From assembly GCA_903813345.2 (NCBI GenBank), contig CAIIXF020000001.1, positions 42,904,001 to 42,968,000 of the forward strand: 64,000 nt of DNA, in the 5' to 3' direction. The position numbers were made by a program, and so were the translations under genes. The DNA is from Owenia fusiformis (Eukaryota). The notes beneath the pieces were generated by a model. That model made no database searches and had not been told where the DNA came from. It saw nothing but the letters and a program-made list of their open reading frames with translations. How positions within the stretch are numbered: position 1 is the first letter of the stretch; each line of letters begins with the position of its first letter. Of this stretch, positions 27,401 to 42,400 are shown piece by piece.

Positions 27401-30400
27401 CAAATCATCCTGAAAAAATTCATACTAATAGAGATAGAGGAGGTAATCATTCATATGATATATGGCTTGTGTAGCTCATGTAATTTTTGAGAAATAAATT
27501 ATCGAAATATGGATATTTAAGCCCTTGCGGCCTAGGGGTGACCTTATTTTACCTTAATAATTTTTAAGATACGCAATGCTTGGGCCTCATATGAATTCTA
27601 AATGTTGCATTAAGTATTGTTTTGTCATATTATTCCTAATTAAATGTAAAAAAATTATTGGAAATTAAAAAAAAATCAAATTTTCATTTTCGGTTCTAAA
27701 GGGCCAGGGGTAACCATATTTTACCCTAATAATTTCCCAGATATGTAATATATGCATCTCAAATTAGCTCAAGATGTTGCATATAGTTCTGTTTTATCAT
27801 ACTTCTTCCAATAAGATGTAGAAAATGATCGGATATATCTAAAAAATTAGAATTTTCACTTAAGCTCTTGATGGCCCTGGGGTAACCTTATTTTACCTTA
27901 ATAATTTTCTAAATATGAGACATAGTCACCTCAAATGAGCTTAAGATATGATATTTAGTCCTGTTTTATCATATCATTTCCAAGGAGTGAAAAAATGATT
28001 GGAAATTATAAGAAAATGACATTTTCATATAACACCCCCAATCCGCAACATCTTTTTGCAGCGCTGTAAACAGTACTGAACAGTGCAGTCAGAGTACTGC
28101 ACTATAAAGCAATGTACAATGCTATTCTAACACCATCTGTTTTGGACAGCGTAGTTCAGTACTGTTTTTACAGCTCAGTACTGTTTTTACAGCACTGTTT
28201 ATGAAACCATGCTGTTTGATGCAGTTTGAGATTGGTAGTGTAGTTTATGATAGGTCAGGAATGACCTAATTTTACCTTAAAAATTTAAACAAAGATATAT
28301 CATATTGTCTACTCAAATGAGCTCAAAATAGTGAATATAGTCTAGTTTTGTCATATTATTGCTACTGAGATATACAATAATGATTAACAATTATAAAAAA
28401 TGAACCTCAACAGCCATTTATTCCTTTTTAGTACCAATGGCAATACTATCTAGTTTTATAGAACATTTTCTAAGATATGAAAATGTCCAGTTCATACTCG
28501 CACGAGTAGTAGCATTGTTAAGATACTGTATATTATCATTTGAGTATATAATCCAAATCTATAAAACTTAATCAAAGGAGTCACAATTTATGGATTCTGA
28601 CAGTCTCTCCTACAGCTACATAGCTCAGAGCAAATCAGATCTGCTTTCAAACATTTGCATCTGTTCTCTTGACACAGGTATCTACCCCATGACCTACATT
28701 TTATGTTGTGGCCTCAGTATCAGCAGTGGGAGTAGTCCAGCCACATTCATGTGGTGATAGAAACTGTGGGTAAGAATGCATCACAATGAATAAGGACTCT
28801 AGTCTTCTAATTTTAGGGTATCAAAAAAGATTTAAAGCTTAAGAACACTTGCGTAACCTCTGGGTACACCTTCTATTCCTGCAAATCAGTTGACTAAGAG
28901 TAGTAGCAGAATGCATCTAGCGATTGTATGAAAAATGGTAAGGGCTAAACTTCGTTCATGGCCAAGTGGCCTTGAAATATCTAAGGCAGGTCGTACATAC
29001 TGGAAGAATTTCCCCTCACCATAGGCCATATGCAATCCAAATTGACATTTTCAGCACAAGTTACTGCCAGTTTAAACCACATCAAAATCAACTGTATTGA
29101 CTATGATTCTTATTAGGTCATGACAGAAGCAGTCTTTGGCATGCTTCTTCATATGAGCGAATGGTGATGGCAGATACTTCACTATCGGGCTAAGATATTG
29201 CATTACCTCATTGTGAGGTCACTATCTTCTTGCCATCTTCCTCCAGGGTTTCAGTTTTGATGCCTGGAAGGAAAACAGCTCCCTCTTGTTCCAACTATCT
29301 TAGGAAATCTTGCCAATTCCACAGAAGAAAATTAGTAGGATATACTTTCCTCACTGTTCCAGTTTTGTGCTGTTTGTATCTATGCTCATTAACATCAAAG
29401 TTGAATGACTAAGCTACATAGTAGATGCCAAAATAATAGACAGGGCATGTATAGTTAAACATGCTAACAGTGAAATATAAAGAAAATTTGGTGATTATGC
29501 AAATATGATATTACCCACGTAAAAGTCTGCAAATAGTTCATTGTCTTGATGTCAGCTGGGATGTTTACAAGGACACTAGCTTAAAGGGGCAACAAGGTCT
29601 GTAGAAGATTCAAATTTTTTACTTTTTCTGAGCTACCAGGGCAATATTTGGCTTTGACATATCTATTTTCTTAAAATGTATGGATAAACTATCAATTTCA
29701 GCATTAAGAAGTGTAAATTCAGTTCAAAGCTTCTATAAAGGGAGTCCCACTTATAGGTTTTTAAGATCCAAAACATTTCAAGAGGAATCAGCTGAAATAA
29801 TGTTCATCAATATCTACCTGCCCATGACCAAAGTTTAATCCTCCCCATTTCTCATACAATCATTGGATATGATGTTACATCTGTATTCTACTGCTATGGA
29901 AAAATGGAATAAATGGATTGAGATTTAAATGTGTCACTGAATTTTCTAATTGTTGTTAATCATTATCTCAGTAGGAATAAAGTGAAAAACTGACTATTTT
30001 CCCCATTTTGAGATCATTTTATCTTGAAAATTATTGTGATAACATTTGGCATTCTTGTGCCCAATCATTGACTGTCATTATTCACTGACAGAATCCTTGA
30101 CAGAAGCAGCTCACCTTAACCCCCCCCCCCCCCCATCAGGCTAAGGTGACTGGACTTACTACCCTTTGCATTCATTCGACTTTCCTTCTCAAAAGAGAGC
30201 TTCGTCTTCACTCTATCAGTTTTCAATGAATCTCTGAACTCACTGCGCTAATCAGAGTTTGTTGTCGAAATAAGGACGGCTTTCTATATGGTCATTTTCT
30301 CTGACGAAATCGCATCATTAATGTGCACGCATTTACCACTTGTTCCTTCAAGCTCGCTGATTGGTTGAGAATAGGTCAGCATGGTTTATTGCAGCTTGGG

Positions 30401-33400
30401 TCATAAATGCTTTAAGACCCAAGCTGGCAATGGCATCGGTCATGGGGACGGGGCTGCTAAACTCACTCCATCCTTTGCTTCTATATTATGGTAATATGTG
30501 ATAAAATCACCCCTGACCTGTCAAAAGCTAAAAATGTCATTTTTCAAATTTCCATTATTTTTTACATCTCCTAAGGAATAATATGACAAAACAAGAGTAT
30601 ATGACACAATTCTAAGCTCATTTGAGATGCATACGTCTCATAATTAAGAAAAGTTCAAGGTTAAATAAGCCCCCCCCCCCCAGGCCATCATAAGCTAAAA
30701 TGAAAATTTCAAATTTTAATGTCCAATCATTTTCTACATCTTATTGGAGGTATTATGATTAAACAGAACTATATGCACCATCTTGAGCTAATTTGGGATA
30801 CATATATTACAAACCTTAAAAGTTATTAAGGTAAAATATGGTTACCCCTGGCCCTTCAGAAGCGATAATGAAAATTTTTTTTTTTTTGAAAAGTTCCAAT
30901 CATTTTTCAATCCAATTAGGAATAATATGACAAAACAAGACTCAATGCACCATTTTGAGCTCATATGAGACCCATACATTGCATATCTTAAAAATTATTA
31001 AGGTAGAATAAGGTTACCCCTAGGCCGCAAGGGCTTAAAAATTCAAATTTCGATAATTTTTATCTCAAAAAATACATGAGCTACCCAAGCCATATTCTAT
31101 ATTTGTGATGAACACTTATACCCATATTAGTATGAATTTTTCCAAGATGATCAGATATCACATTCTTGAAATACAGTACTTGATGTCCCATATTTGACCC
31201 TTTAAAAGATGAATTCACGCTAGATAATTGGGTCAAAATGCATTTTCCACACTAAACACCACATCTACAATCGGTTTGTCACAATTTCAAGGCTCAGAGC
31301 AATCACCAAATGAAGTCATTTAAAAAAATTTACTTCACAACCATTTTTTTTTTTTTATAATGTACCCCCTCCCCGCCTGATAGGGGTTGGGGTCAGAGAC
31401 TAAAAAATCCATGAAGACCACTCCGGATCACTTGCCCCGAAATCATTTTCCACTCAGATCAAGTGTTTCTACAATTGTGCCAAGTTTGTTGCTTTCCTGA
31501 AAAAGTCGAACTATAAAGGGCTCATTTCTGGACATCTGACTGCGCTATGACCCTTGTGATGAAGATCCAGAATCAGTCAAAAAACCTAAACCGGAAAACT
31601 GTGCTCATTGTGAAAACTAAAAGTGAAGCAACTTTTTTCTGATATTTCTTACATCAAATGGCAGCCATCTAATTTTTCCCCCTTCAAATTAAATTGGCGG
31701 GAAATTCAAAAATTTAAAAAAAAATTTAATCCTTAAATATATTTCAAAAATATGGTTTCTTTTAAATTCTTCATGGGTCTTAAGTTATTTCTTCTTTGTA
31801 AGTCATACATGTTGCCATTGGTGTTTTTTTCCATGATAATGACTATTTATTTTTGGTTAATATACTTATTCTGACTCTCAGCAGGGGGTTAATTATGCAT
31901 CAAAACTAGTGAAAAAGTAAATATACTTATCAAATATAACTAGGAGAGTAATAAAAAACATATTTCACATACATTTGACTGAGGGACCAAAAGGCCATAT
32001 ACCCAGACACATCCTTTATTCAGCATGTTGTTTACTCAGTACAAATATGACATTCAGCCCTGTGATGTCATAATATTACAGTTCAATAGTCACAAATTAA
32101 AAAACAGTCACAGTCAAGAAATTGCAAAAATGGCAGCAATTCTCACCTGATAACAGAAGGCCTTGCATTTGGTGGCCTAATTTCATACTTCACTTGGACT
32201 CACAGCCACACAAAACTTATGCTACCATGAAGAAAGTATACAAAAATTCTCAAAAGTTCATGAATTAAATTAGGTAAGATTTAGCCCATCATGAGAAATC
32301 ATGGCCTTCATATTTCTCGTTGAAGGCAGAAATATATGATGAGTATCAGAATGGATTTAACCATTTACTGTGTCCATGTAGACCTATGTAGCGCAGTAGT
32401 CCCATTCAAATCTAAAACAAGGGCGGGATGTCAAGGAGCAAAATCCTTTCATCAGAATATTAAAACATAGTATTTGCCCATTTAATTCGATTCTTGATAA
32501 TAGTTTTTTTTTTCTGAAAAGTTACTAATTCACAATGAAGCAACGATGTATCTTTTGAATCAATATTTTATAACGAAGTGTATTTTTAGAATTTAAATCT
32601 TAAATAAAATAGGATTAGTATCAGAATGAAATAGATTACATTACAATTTAATAAATGAGAAAGGTAGAAACGGTATACTCTTTTATGATCAAGGAGTTTT
32701 GGCTCATATGGACAAACTAGTGACAAAAATTAATGCCAACTTTACATTAAAAGATAATCTTGCAACATTAACAAGACAAAATGCCACACAGGTTATCGCA
32801 AATAAATGAATAGATAGAATTCAATCATTTAAGGTGTTCATATGAAGCGTATGTATTAGTCCTGTTCGTATCTATAACAAGAGCAGGGTGTCTAGAACAT
32901 GTAACAGCGGATTATATAAAAATGGACTGTAACAAATACCCGGATTTGTTGATTTTTAAAAAAAGTAATTTTTTGATATCACTTTTTATGCCCGGCATAT
33001 GCTGGCATAAAAAGTGATATCCCATTTTATGCTGGCATAAAAAGTGATGTCCCATTTTATGCTGAGCATAAAAAGAGATACTCCATTTTATGCTGGTATT
33101 GTTTAGGAAGTGATGTTTAATGGTAGTTCAAGATTTAAGACCCATCATTCTGGCACAGATTGCTGAACCATTGTTAGTTAAGAATTCCTAATAGAATTAA
33201 GAATTATTAGCTGAAACTGAGTTGTTTTGCCCTGGCAAACAATTTTCCAACTTGTAGTTCAACTTCTTCTGTCTATTTGTTGACAGTCTGTGATGTCATC
33301 ATCAATCATCACAATAGAAATGAGGTAATTCATGATGACATCACAAAGTACTCTGATGACATCATCAATCATCACAATGGAAACGAGATAATTCATGATG

Positions 33401-36400
33401 ACATCACAAAGCATCTCTGTCATAGATAGAACTCTGCCACATTTCTTAGAAATCAAACTACTATGTGACATCATAGATAATCTCACTGTCACAGATAGAA
33501 TTCACCTAATTCCCATTGTGATGATTGATGATGACATCACAGACTGTCAACACATATAGACAAAACTGAATTTCAAATGCATATTGGGATATTGTTTGCT
33601 AGGACAAACAAAACAGTTTCAGCTATTAATTCTTAATTCTATTAGGAATTCTTAACTAAAATAAGTTCAGCAATCTATGTGAGAAAGATGGGTCTGAAAT
33701 CTTGAACCACCTTTAAACATCACTTACTAAATAATACCAGCAGAAAATGGGGTATCTCTTTTTATGCTCAGCATAAAATGGGACATCACTTTTTATGCCA
33801 GCATAAAATGGGACATCACTTTTTATGCCAGCATAAAATGGGACATCACTTTTTATGCCGGGCATAAAAAGTGATATCAAAAATTACTTTTTTTAAAAAT
33901 CAACAAATCCGGGTATTTGTTACAGTCCATTTTTATATAATCCGCTGTTATGTTTAGAACAGTAATACTAATTGGCCATTTAATTCAAGTCTGAATGATA
34001 GTTTTTTTCTGAAAAGATACGAATTCACAATGACGAAACAGATATCTTTTGGAATCAATATTCTGTAATGAAGTGTATTTTTAAAATTTAAATCTTAAAT
34101 AAAATAAGATTAGTGTCAGAATGAACTGGATTACATATTACAATTTAAAAAAAGAAATGAAGGAACATTAAATAATTTTAGTTGAATAAAGTAAAATATA
34201 AGATTTTATAAGCAAAGTTGCTATAATACTGAATGTGTAATTTCAAGTCTATCTGCTATTACATGTTAAAGGTTATTGTTTTGGAAATTGTTTTGAAGTT
34301 ATGAAATACTTGTATATGTTGAGGTTCAATTATAGCAGGTGACAATAGATTAATAATACTACCTTTTGAAGTAAGAGTAAAACATAAGCTTACATTTGCA
34401 AATGCAACTAACAGCTAGCAACTACCGGATTAACCTACTATTTTATGACCAATTCATTTAAATATGAATGCGGAATAGTGGCAGGTACTATTCATATCTA
34501 AATGAGTTGCCCATAAAATAGTAGGTTAATCGGGTAGCCAACAGCGTTAGTTCAGGGTTCGAAATTAGCGTTGCGGAAGTAACGATTTGTTCCTTCATTT
34601 TCCAAAATCGTTACCTAGCAACATGCCCAAGTAACGAAAATAGTTACCTGCTTTATGGGAAGAACTCTAAATGATCGTCAACTCAACTTCTCAAATGAAA
34701 ATATGCCGACATTGCCGTGATCAAATAGATTTTTGATTTTTTTTCTTTGACACTTTTCATCCTTTTTCACTTTAGCTGAAAGCTGTAACTTCTCAAAACA
34801 TAAGATAAAGTGTTCACTTACCATACAGATTCTTATTTTCCTAAAATAAAGTCTTAAAAACCGGCAATTTTGAGGTAAAATCACCGTATTGTTAAGGAAC
34901 GTTTTGAAGTTGCTAGCCTAACTTCCTGTATGAAAAAGGGAGACATCTATTGAGAAAAATATTAGTCTAGTAGCTTAATTGGTTTCACCCCCTTCAATAA
35001 AATTTGAAATTCCCATTTTACCATGCAGATTTGAAATAAGAAAAAAAATAAAATCTTGGGGAGGAAAACTCGAAAAGACAACAGCTATTTGCATAACAGC
35101 CTGACCTTTCACTTAGGAATGTTTATAGTGGGAAATTTGAATTTGAATGTTTATACCAAATGATTGGTCTATTATAGTTTAATTTGATCACATGACTAAT
35201 CATCATCATCATCAAGTTTAGGAAGGGTGGAGGCTTTATAGCCTGTAATGTTCTCCCATCTGATCTAAAATTAAAACTGAACTTAGGGTAGGGAACTGAT
35301 TATTGCTCACAACTGGCTATTTGTAAAGATCTTAGAACCATGCCTTGTCCAGGCCCTCGGCCCAAGCTGAGCTAGACATGATAGATGATAGATATATGTT
35401 TTAGTACTATTTTTGAAAACAAGACCTTAAGTTTCGAATGTTATCATGAAATAAAATTGATAATAGATCAACAGATCAATAGACTTGTTTATTGTATAAA
35501 GTGTCAAGGAAAACTTTTATCGCGATAATAACAATTTCAAGCGGTAATAATAACTACCTTACTTTGGTATTTAGTTACCTAGAACAAATCTCAGGTAACT
35601 ATTTTCAATACCAGGCTAGAAAGTTAAGTTCGAACCCTGTAGTTGCATTCGCGAATACAAGCTAAGACTGATATCATAGTGTATTATATTGCACAAATAA
35701 TCAAATTGAGTTAATGTTAAAAAATATGCATAAAACCACAGTTGTTGTACACTTCTTTTACCCCTATACTCATAATTGAAATACTAGATCGTATTTATTC
35801 TACTCTAATCTAGGGTTATGTTATTCAAGTGAAATTAACTCCACTTGTAACACATTTATATTTTTAGCTTTACAATGATACCAAATCTCTGTTCTACAAA
35901 AGGTGAACCCGTTATAAAAATCAGACAATCGTTACTGCACTTAGTTTACATTGTTCTGGTAGTGTTGATTTAATGACTTAATTTGCATAATTACTGCATT
36001 TTTTCAGAGAGAGAATGTTCACAGGTAGATATGTATATTGCAAGTCATAAATTAAAAAAAATAACTGATAAGGGATATTTAACTCCATTCAAATACATGA
36101 ATACTACCAAATGTGCCACGCCCCCTTTCAGAAATATTACATAATTTAAAAAAAAGACAATAGAAAAAAACGCTCAACCTACCACAACTGCATATTTGTG
36201 GCTTTTTGACCAGGACATATCTTACTATCAAAAAATGCAATAAAACATTGTATATACTCCAAAATAAGATTCAATAATAAATCCTTTGTTTTCATCTAGA
36301 CTATTATAATCTTAGACAATTCAAAGCTGTACCTTTTTCTGTAATTCCACACTGATAGCATTGGCTTCCTTCAAGAAGATGGCATTCCCCCATAGATCAT

Positions 36401-39400
36401 CCTACCAATACAATTGAAACACATATTAGATTTACAACGATTAAGTAATAATGTTTGTTCCTACAAAATATACTTGTAAGAATAGGAACAACATGTATGA
36501 GGACGTTTTCAGTAAAAAAATCAAGCTATAAATGAGTGAAATAAATGAAGGCATAGAATTGAAACCTACAAATTATAAGCCAAACATCTTTGAACAGCTG
36601 CACTAAAATACAGTCTTTAACATTGGCTTGCACATATAGTCAATTAAATGTGCAGCAATTGACTACTTGAGAACACCATAGGAAGAGGAAAAATCAATCA
36701 TCAAAACTCTACAGACACAGAATGATCATTTCTAAAATTTCAGCACATTAGGAATGATTTTCTCTAGAGTCCATTTCACTGTTTAACTGCGTCAGTAAAA
36801 GCTAAAAAATAAGAAATCAAAATATCATTTTGCAATAATATATGGAAAAATATATTCCTGTTGTACATGAATGACATTTGTATATCTTGGATTGGTTCTA
36901 GTTTGGCTTATAAAGCGTGTGGCCTCTTATATTTGGATGCTTCTCTGCCATGTTATTTTCAATACAATTAACATGGCTGAAATTCTTCAAATTACAAGAC
37001 GGCACAGGCTTATTGCACAAAAAACTAAAAAATCTGAAATATACAAATGTCATTCATGTACATTATGAATATACTTTTCCATATATTATTGCACAATGGT
37101 CTCCCAATTTCTTATTTTTGCTGTTTTACTGACGCAATGAAGCAGTGAAATGGACTCTAGACATCTCTTGGAATTATATTATAAGCAGCATTCATTACAA
37201 AACTAGTGAATTAGCTTCAAAATGAAAATGGAACAAAAGTCCATTGATCATATGTTTATACCTAACCTGTTACCCTATAACTCTATTCATACAGAGGCAG
37301 ACTGACAACATAAATTATAACAAAAAAACATTAAACTGCATTGAATTGAAATTGCTGATAGGTCTATAACGGACAATAGGAAGACCTAGGCGTATGGTAA
37401 AATGGTATTCATGTTTTTAGAACTTTGAAATGAATCATTTAAGTCAACAAGATATACCATTGATGTACTGTAGATTACATTAATATTGTATTATAAGGAA
37501 AATTATTATTACATTATCATGGAAAAGGACAATGTGCAATTATTGGCATATATCCCTATGGTCAAAATGAATCATTCGTAGGTGTAACATGAAGAATAAA
37601 ATGTCATATAATACTTTGGAAAATATTAAAGTGCTCGGACACACATAAGCTGAGATAGGGATCATTTCGTTCAGTAAGGTTGTATTGACTTACATGGGAG
37701 TGTGCACTGTTGACTTAGCATGAGGATATCAGCAGATCCCAATAGAGGCCATTGGTTTCCATTGATTATCACAGAAATACCAAAAATACACTATGACCTG
37801 AATCGATTGCAAACTTAATAATTTCACAATACGACACAAATGGTTTATCTCATCAAATGTGCAAATATGAAGTTTGCAATCGATTCAGGTCATACTTAAA
37901 ATTAAAAGATTGTACATTTTTTCATCATTTTTTTCCCTACAAAATGGCTATAGAAAAATGCTCCAAAAACAACTTTTACACTTATCAAATATCATACAAG
38001 TTTGTAAAACCAAAGATTATACTATTATATTTCATTATGAAGTAACATATTTGGATAAGATGCAGGGATGCGTAGGATGTTAATGGATTTTGACAGACAC
38101 AAAAATACTTCCTGGTTTGGAATCTATGCCTCTACACTTCATGATTGAATTATGACCCTAATAAGTGGCCTATACATCAATACAGTGCTGAATATAGGTC
38201 AACAAGATACTAGTGTGCATATAAATGTAATAATTGAAGCAGAATACTCATTTTGAAAAATCAGATGAATTATTTTTTTCCCATGGGGAGATCCCAATGG
38301 AGGGTGTATAAGGTCCTTTGAAATAGAAAAATTGATGGAGCAAGATCATGAATACATAAGTGAATCCTATAATCAGTCAAACTATGTAACTGAGTTCATA
38401 TTACAGAGAAAGGTGCCATATTCATGTGTGAGTAAAAATGTGAATGAAGTTTTTGATTGTTTGTATAACATAGGTCAAGCAAGCAAGTCACAATGGTAGG
38501 AACAAGAGTCTGACAGCGTGGGGGGGGTGAAATTTTGTGTCAAGTTGACATTTGTTTTTCTCACAAGTGTGTCCTTGTGAGCAAAATCTTGACTACAGTA
38601 TAAGGATTAATCAGTTTCAATTTGGCACAAATCTTATTTGAGCTAAAAGTACATTTCAGTAGAAAATATTAACTGTGAATAAACAAATTCTCTCTAAACA
38701 AGGCACAGTACACACACTTTCAAAATTAACATGGAAAATCATGAAATAATGAGAAATTTTAGTCCTGTCAACAATTTTCCTGAGACCATACTTGTCATAA
38801 AAGTTGCATGCGCACTCTTATAAGGATGTGCGCTTTTTAGAAAGATATGTTGACTATTTGATATTAATGAATATGGGACTTGAGCTACATCAGACACACT
38901 TAGACTTAGACACCAAACACTATGAAACACCAGAATTGTATGCAACTTAGTTGGAGGAATACTTTTCTATTTTATTCTATTTTAAAGGACCAAAGAACCG
39001 TGAATTGTTTATAGAATGAATTGGGGTTTTTTTTTCATGCATTTCACTAGTGTTTTTCATCTAAAAATCATTGATACACTTTAAACACTTTATTGACTAT
39101 AAGATTGCACCATATAATCCAAAAAAACATTTCTAATTTCAAGGATTATGTATGGATTAACACCCAGGTATTTTTATTCTTCAAACTTCAGAGGGCTGGG
39201 AATCGTTATTACGATCACTTTTGAATAATATAAATGCTGTTTTAAATAGGTTTCATGTATGCCAATAATTTCTCAAATTGTGTAAATGGTACCCATTCCT
39301 TAATCCCTAGAATTTTCTCTGAGGAATTTCCCATAGTAATCCAATGGTATAGTTCCAAGCAGATTTTGAGATAACAGGAAATTAATCATTAATACACACC

Positions 39401-42400
39401 TTATTGCCAAGATACTGGGTTGTTTTGAGGAAAAAGGAAACCAACTTCTATTGGCTGGATTAATAATGTCATAGGTCACACGTAGAATTATTTCCCTTTA
39501 AATTCTATTAACTTTTCTCAAATTTAGCAATTTTAATAAAATTAAGCCTGTTTTTGAACAGAACTGGCATAATACTGAATATGTGGCATAGGATTCTGAT
39601 GATTGAAATGGTCTCATATGAATAGAAATAGGCTAGAGTGCTGATAATGCCAAAATGGTGATTAGCACTTGAATATGCTCTCTTGTATTTACTATATTAC
39701 CCCATGTACATCTATTTTATATAAATGAATAAAAAAAATAAAAAAATCTCTTAGAGATGATGACCTACTGAGCTTTTGTGAGATTTAAGTTAAAATGGCA
39801 TACTGTGATAAGAACAAGTACAGTGAATGTTTCAGAAAAGATGAGATTTCAGTTGGAAAGTGCATCACTTTACATCATCTGAACTTAAACCAGGGGATGC
39901 AAAACAAAAGTCCTAAAAGCAAGCAAGACTGCATCTTTAATGGTAGAATCAAATGGTAAAATGAATGGTAAAATAAAAGATAAAGGCACAACATAGACTA
40001 GATACAGACCTTAATCTGGCACACGGGGAGAGCACAAGCCTTAATAAGTAGAAGAAAGCAAAAACTAAGTGCAAAATTAGTAAAAGGTAGGAAAGACAAT
40101 GTAATACAATAATATAGCATGGATGAATTTAAAGATTAAGTCCAAATATCAACTAAAACAAAGCTTTTTTACTTAAAAACTAACCCCCTCCCCAAATGTT
40201 ATTTCGGTTGGTTTAATTTTACATAATGATATTCTTACAAAAAACAAACAAATGAGCCTTCAAATTTTCCCAAACATAAAATGTACTTCACATTCCACAA
40301 GGCTGGTATTGATATTTGAACATAGCCTCGTATCTATGGTGATGTTAATAATGATTGTGAGAAATGTCTTCACACCTGCCCCATAAATTTAACAGTTATC
40401 AAAATTAATTATTAAAGCCATGGGTTTCAAGAAAAATATTGAAAACAAAGCTAGTAAATACAATGAACAATGACAAGCAAGCAATTGATGAAACTAGCAA
40501 CCAACTACCAGGTAGTTGATTCGGCAGAGGTCTTTTATAATACTGAGGGAATAAGTTTTTACTGGAGACCTACATGTAAGTCTTCTTTGTGTAAATAATG
40601 AAAAGAGATGTATATATGGGAGTCAGTCAATCAATAAGTTAAATTAGTTAAAATAAGGTGGATTGCAATTAAGCTGTTCAGAATTATGCAAGATAATTTG
40701 GTTTATTATAATGAAGCAATTAATTAATTACATGCATAATCAGTGTTAAATGTTTTTGCCCTAACCTGTATAATAATACACTAGCAAAGGAGTGTAGATA
40801 GTAATAATAATAATAAAAACCAATACTTCATTATGTAACTATAGATGTAACTATTCTAAGACTCCATAAGTACAAGCAAATTTTCACAATGGTCATCATT
40901 TAAGGATTTAAGCAACAACTAAAAGTAAAAAGAATGGAAACAAGCAAAGAATAAAAACACACTACAAGGGTCATTCAATTATAAACCAAATCAAGTGTAA
41001 AACCAAATACTTCAAAATGATTTTTATTAAGGCAATGGTGACTTCACAGATTTTTAAAGTGTGGGCTTTTTGTAGGGGGGAGGGACATGAGTAAGAAAGA
41101 TAGGGGTCTCATTAGAGGAAACATGGTTTCAACTTACCCTCAGGGACGTGAACTGATGGTAGCGCCATTTACGGAAGCCCCAGGCAGCCAATTGATATTC
41201 TCTCTCAGTCCATGTACATTCACCTATTAACAAAAGATACGTAAAAATACAAATGAAAATGTTTGAAGATTCAATAACCTCTATTATCTATGGAGAGAGT
41301 AGATCCACTTCTACAAACATTTCATAAACTATAGTAGTAGAGCTCGAGTAGAGCAGACGTGTATTATGGCAGCTCCGCCCGATACCGATCACATCGAAAG
41401 GATTCTGTCAAGATTATCAGAAGAAGACAGAGACACTATTATCAATGAGTTCATGGAAGTAACTACGCCTGAAGATTACGAACCACTGAGGATTCTGTAT
41501 TTTGGATATGCGAAAGAAAGATTATTTAACATTTACTTGGACAAATTCGGCCCCATTGCTGGACGAAAGCAAAACGAAATTCCGATTTTGACACTAAAAG
41601 CACGGAAGGGAGTGAACAAGGATGTCTCGTTTTTGAATGACATTTGTGATCTATATATGTATGGTTCGAACATTTCGGACACTTTCCCACGTCAGACGAT
41701 CTCTGCGACAAGTTTTCTACCGAATCTGGGTTCTTCTGAAGCTGATACAATCACAGATCAGTCGACGCGCTCAATTGAGATCGACACACGGGTTGTTTGT
41801 CTTAGCCAGCGGGTAACTGAATTGGAACGTATGGGAGACTCGAAGGATGAGCAGATATCAAAGATGCAGAAGGATATTGCAGAGCTCCAGCAACAGGTAC
41901 AAAGGTTGCTACAAGCAGGTCAGTGTGACTTTTCTAAACGTACACAAAAAAGCGCTACTGTAACTGTACCAACGCAAACTTTATCCACGCTAAATTCTAA
42001 GCCGGCCAATAATGGGACTAATAATTCGACTAACACGCCAATAACTGATTCACACCTGAATAACAATACTTTGCCTATAAGTGACCTCGCTAATAGGCAA
42101 AACTCACTACGTAAGCCTTCTGAGCCATGCGAGTCTGTCGCTATACCGCCATCTTTGAAAATCGCCTCGCAACCGCCGTCTGCAAAGTCAGTGCAACCAG
42201 TGCCTAATGTATCGAAACCTGTCACTTATTCTAGCGTAGTAAGTGAAAACATAGATGATTGGTCCATTGCTGGCCCTAAAGGTCGCCATTCCCCTCCCCC
42301 AACTCAACCTAAAGAGCCTCGACTTCAAGCCCACGGTAAATATAACCCTTCGCAACAACGCCGGAAGATGGTTACCTTAAAGGGGATCCAAGAAGTCGAA

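Noticed and set aside
40405..40569. Minus-strand 54-codon hydrophobic frame as a membrane-anchored alternative last exon of KIF1A
   Set aside because: The acceptor lacks a pyrimidine tract, and T-rich intron DNA readily gives hydrophobic frames
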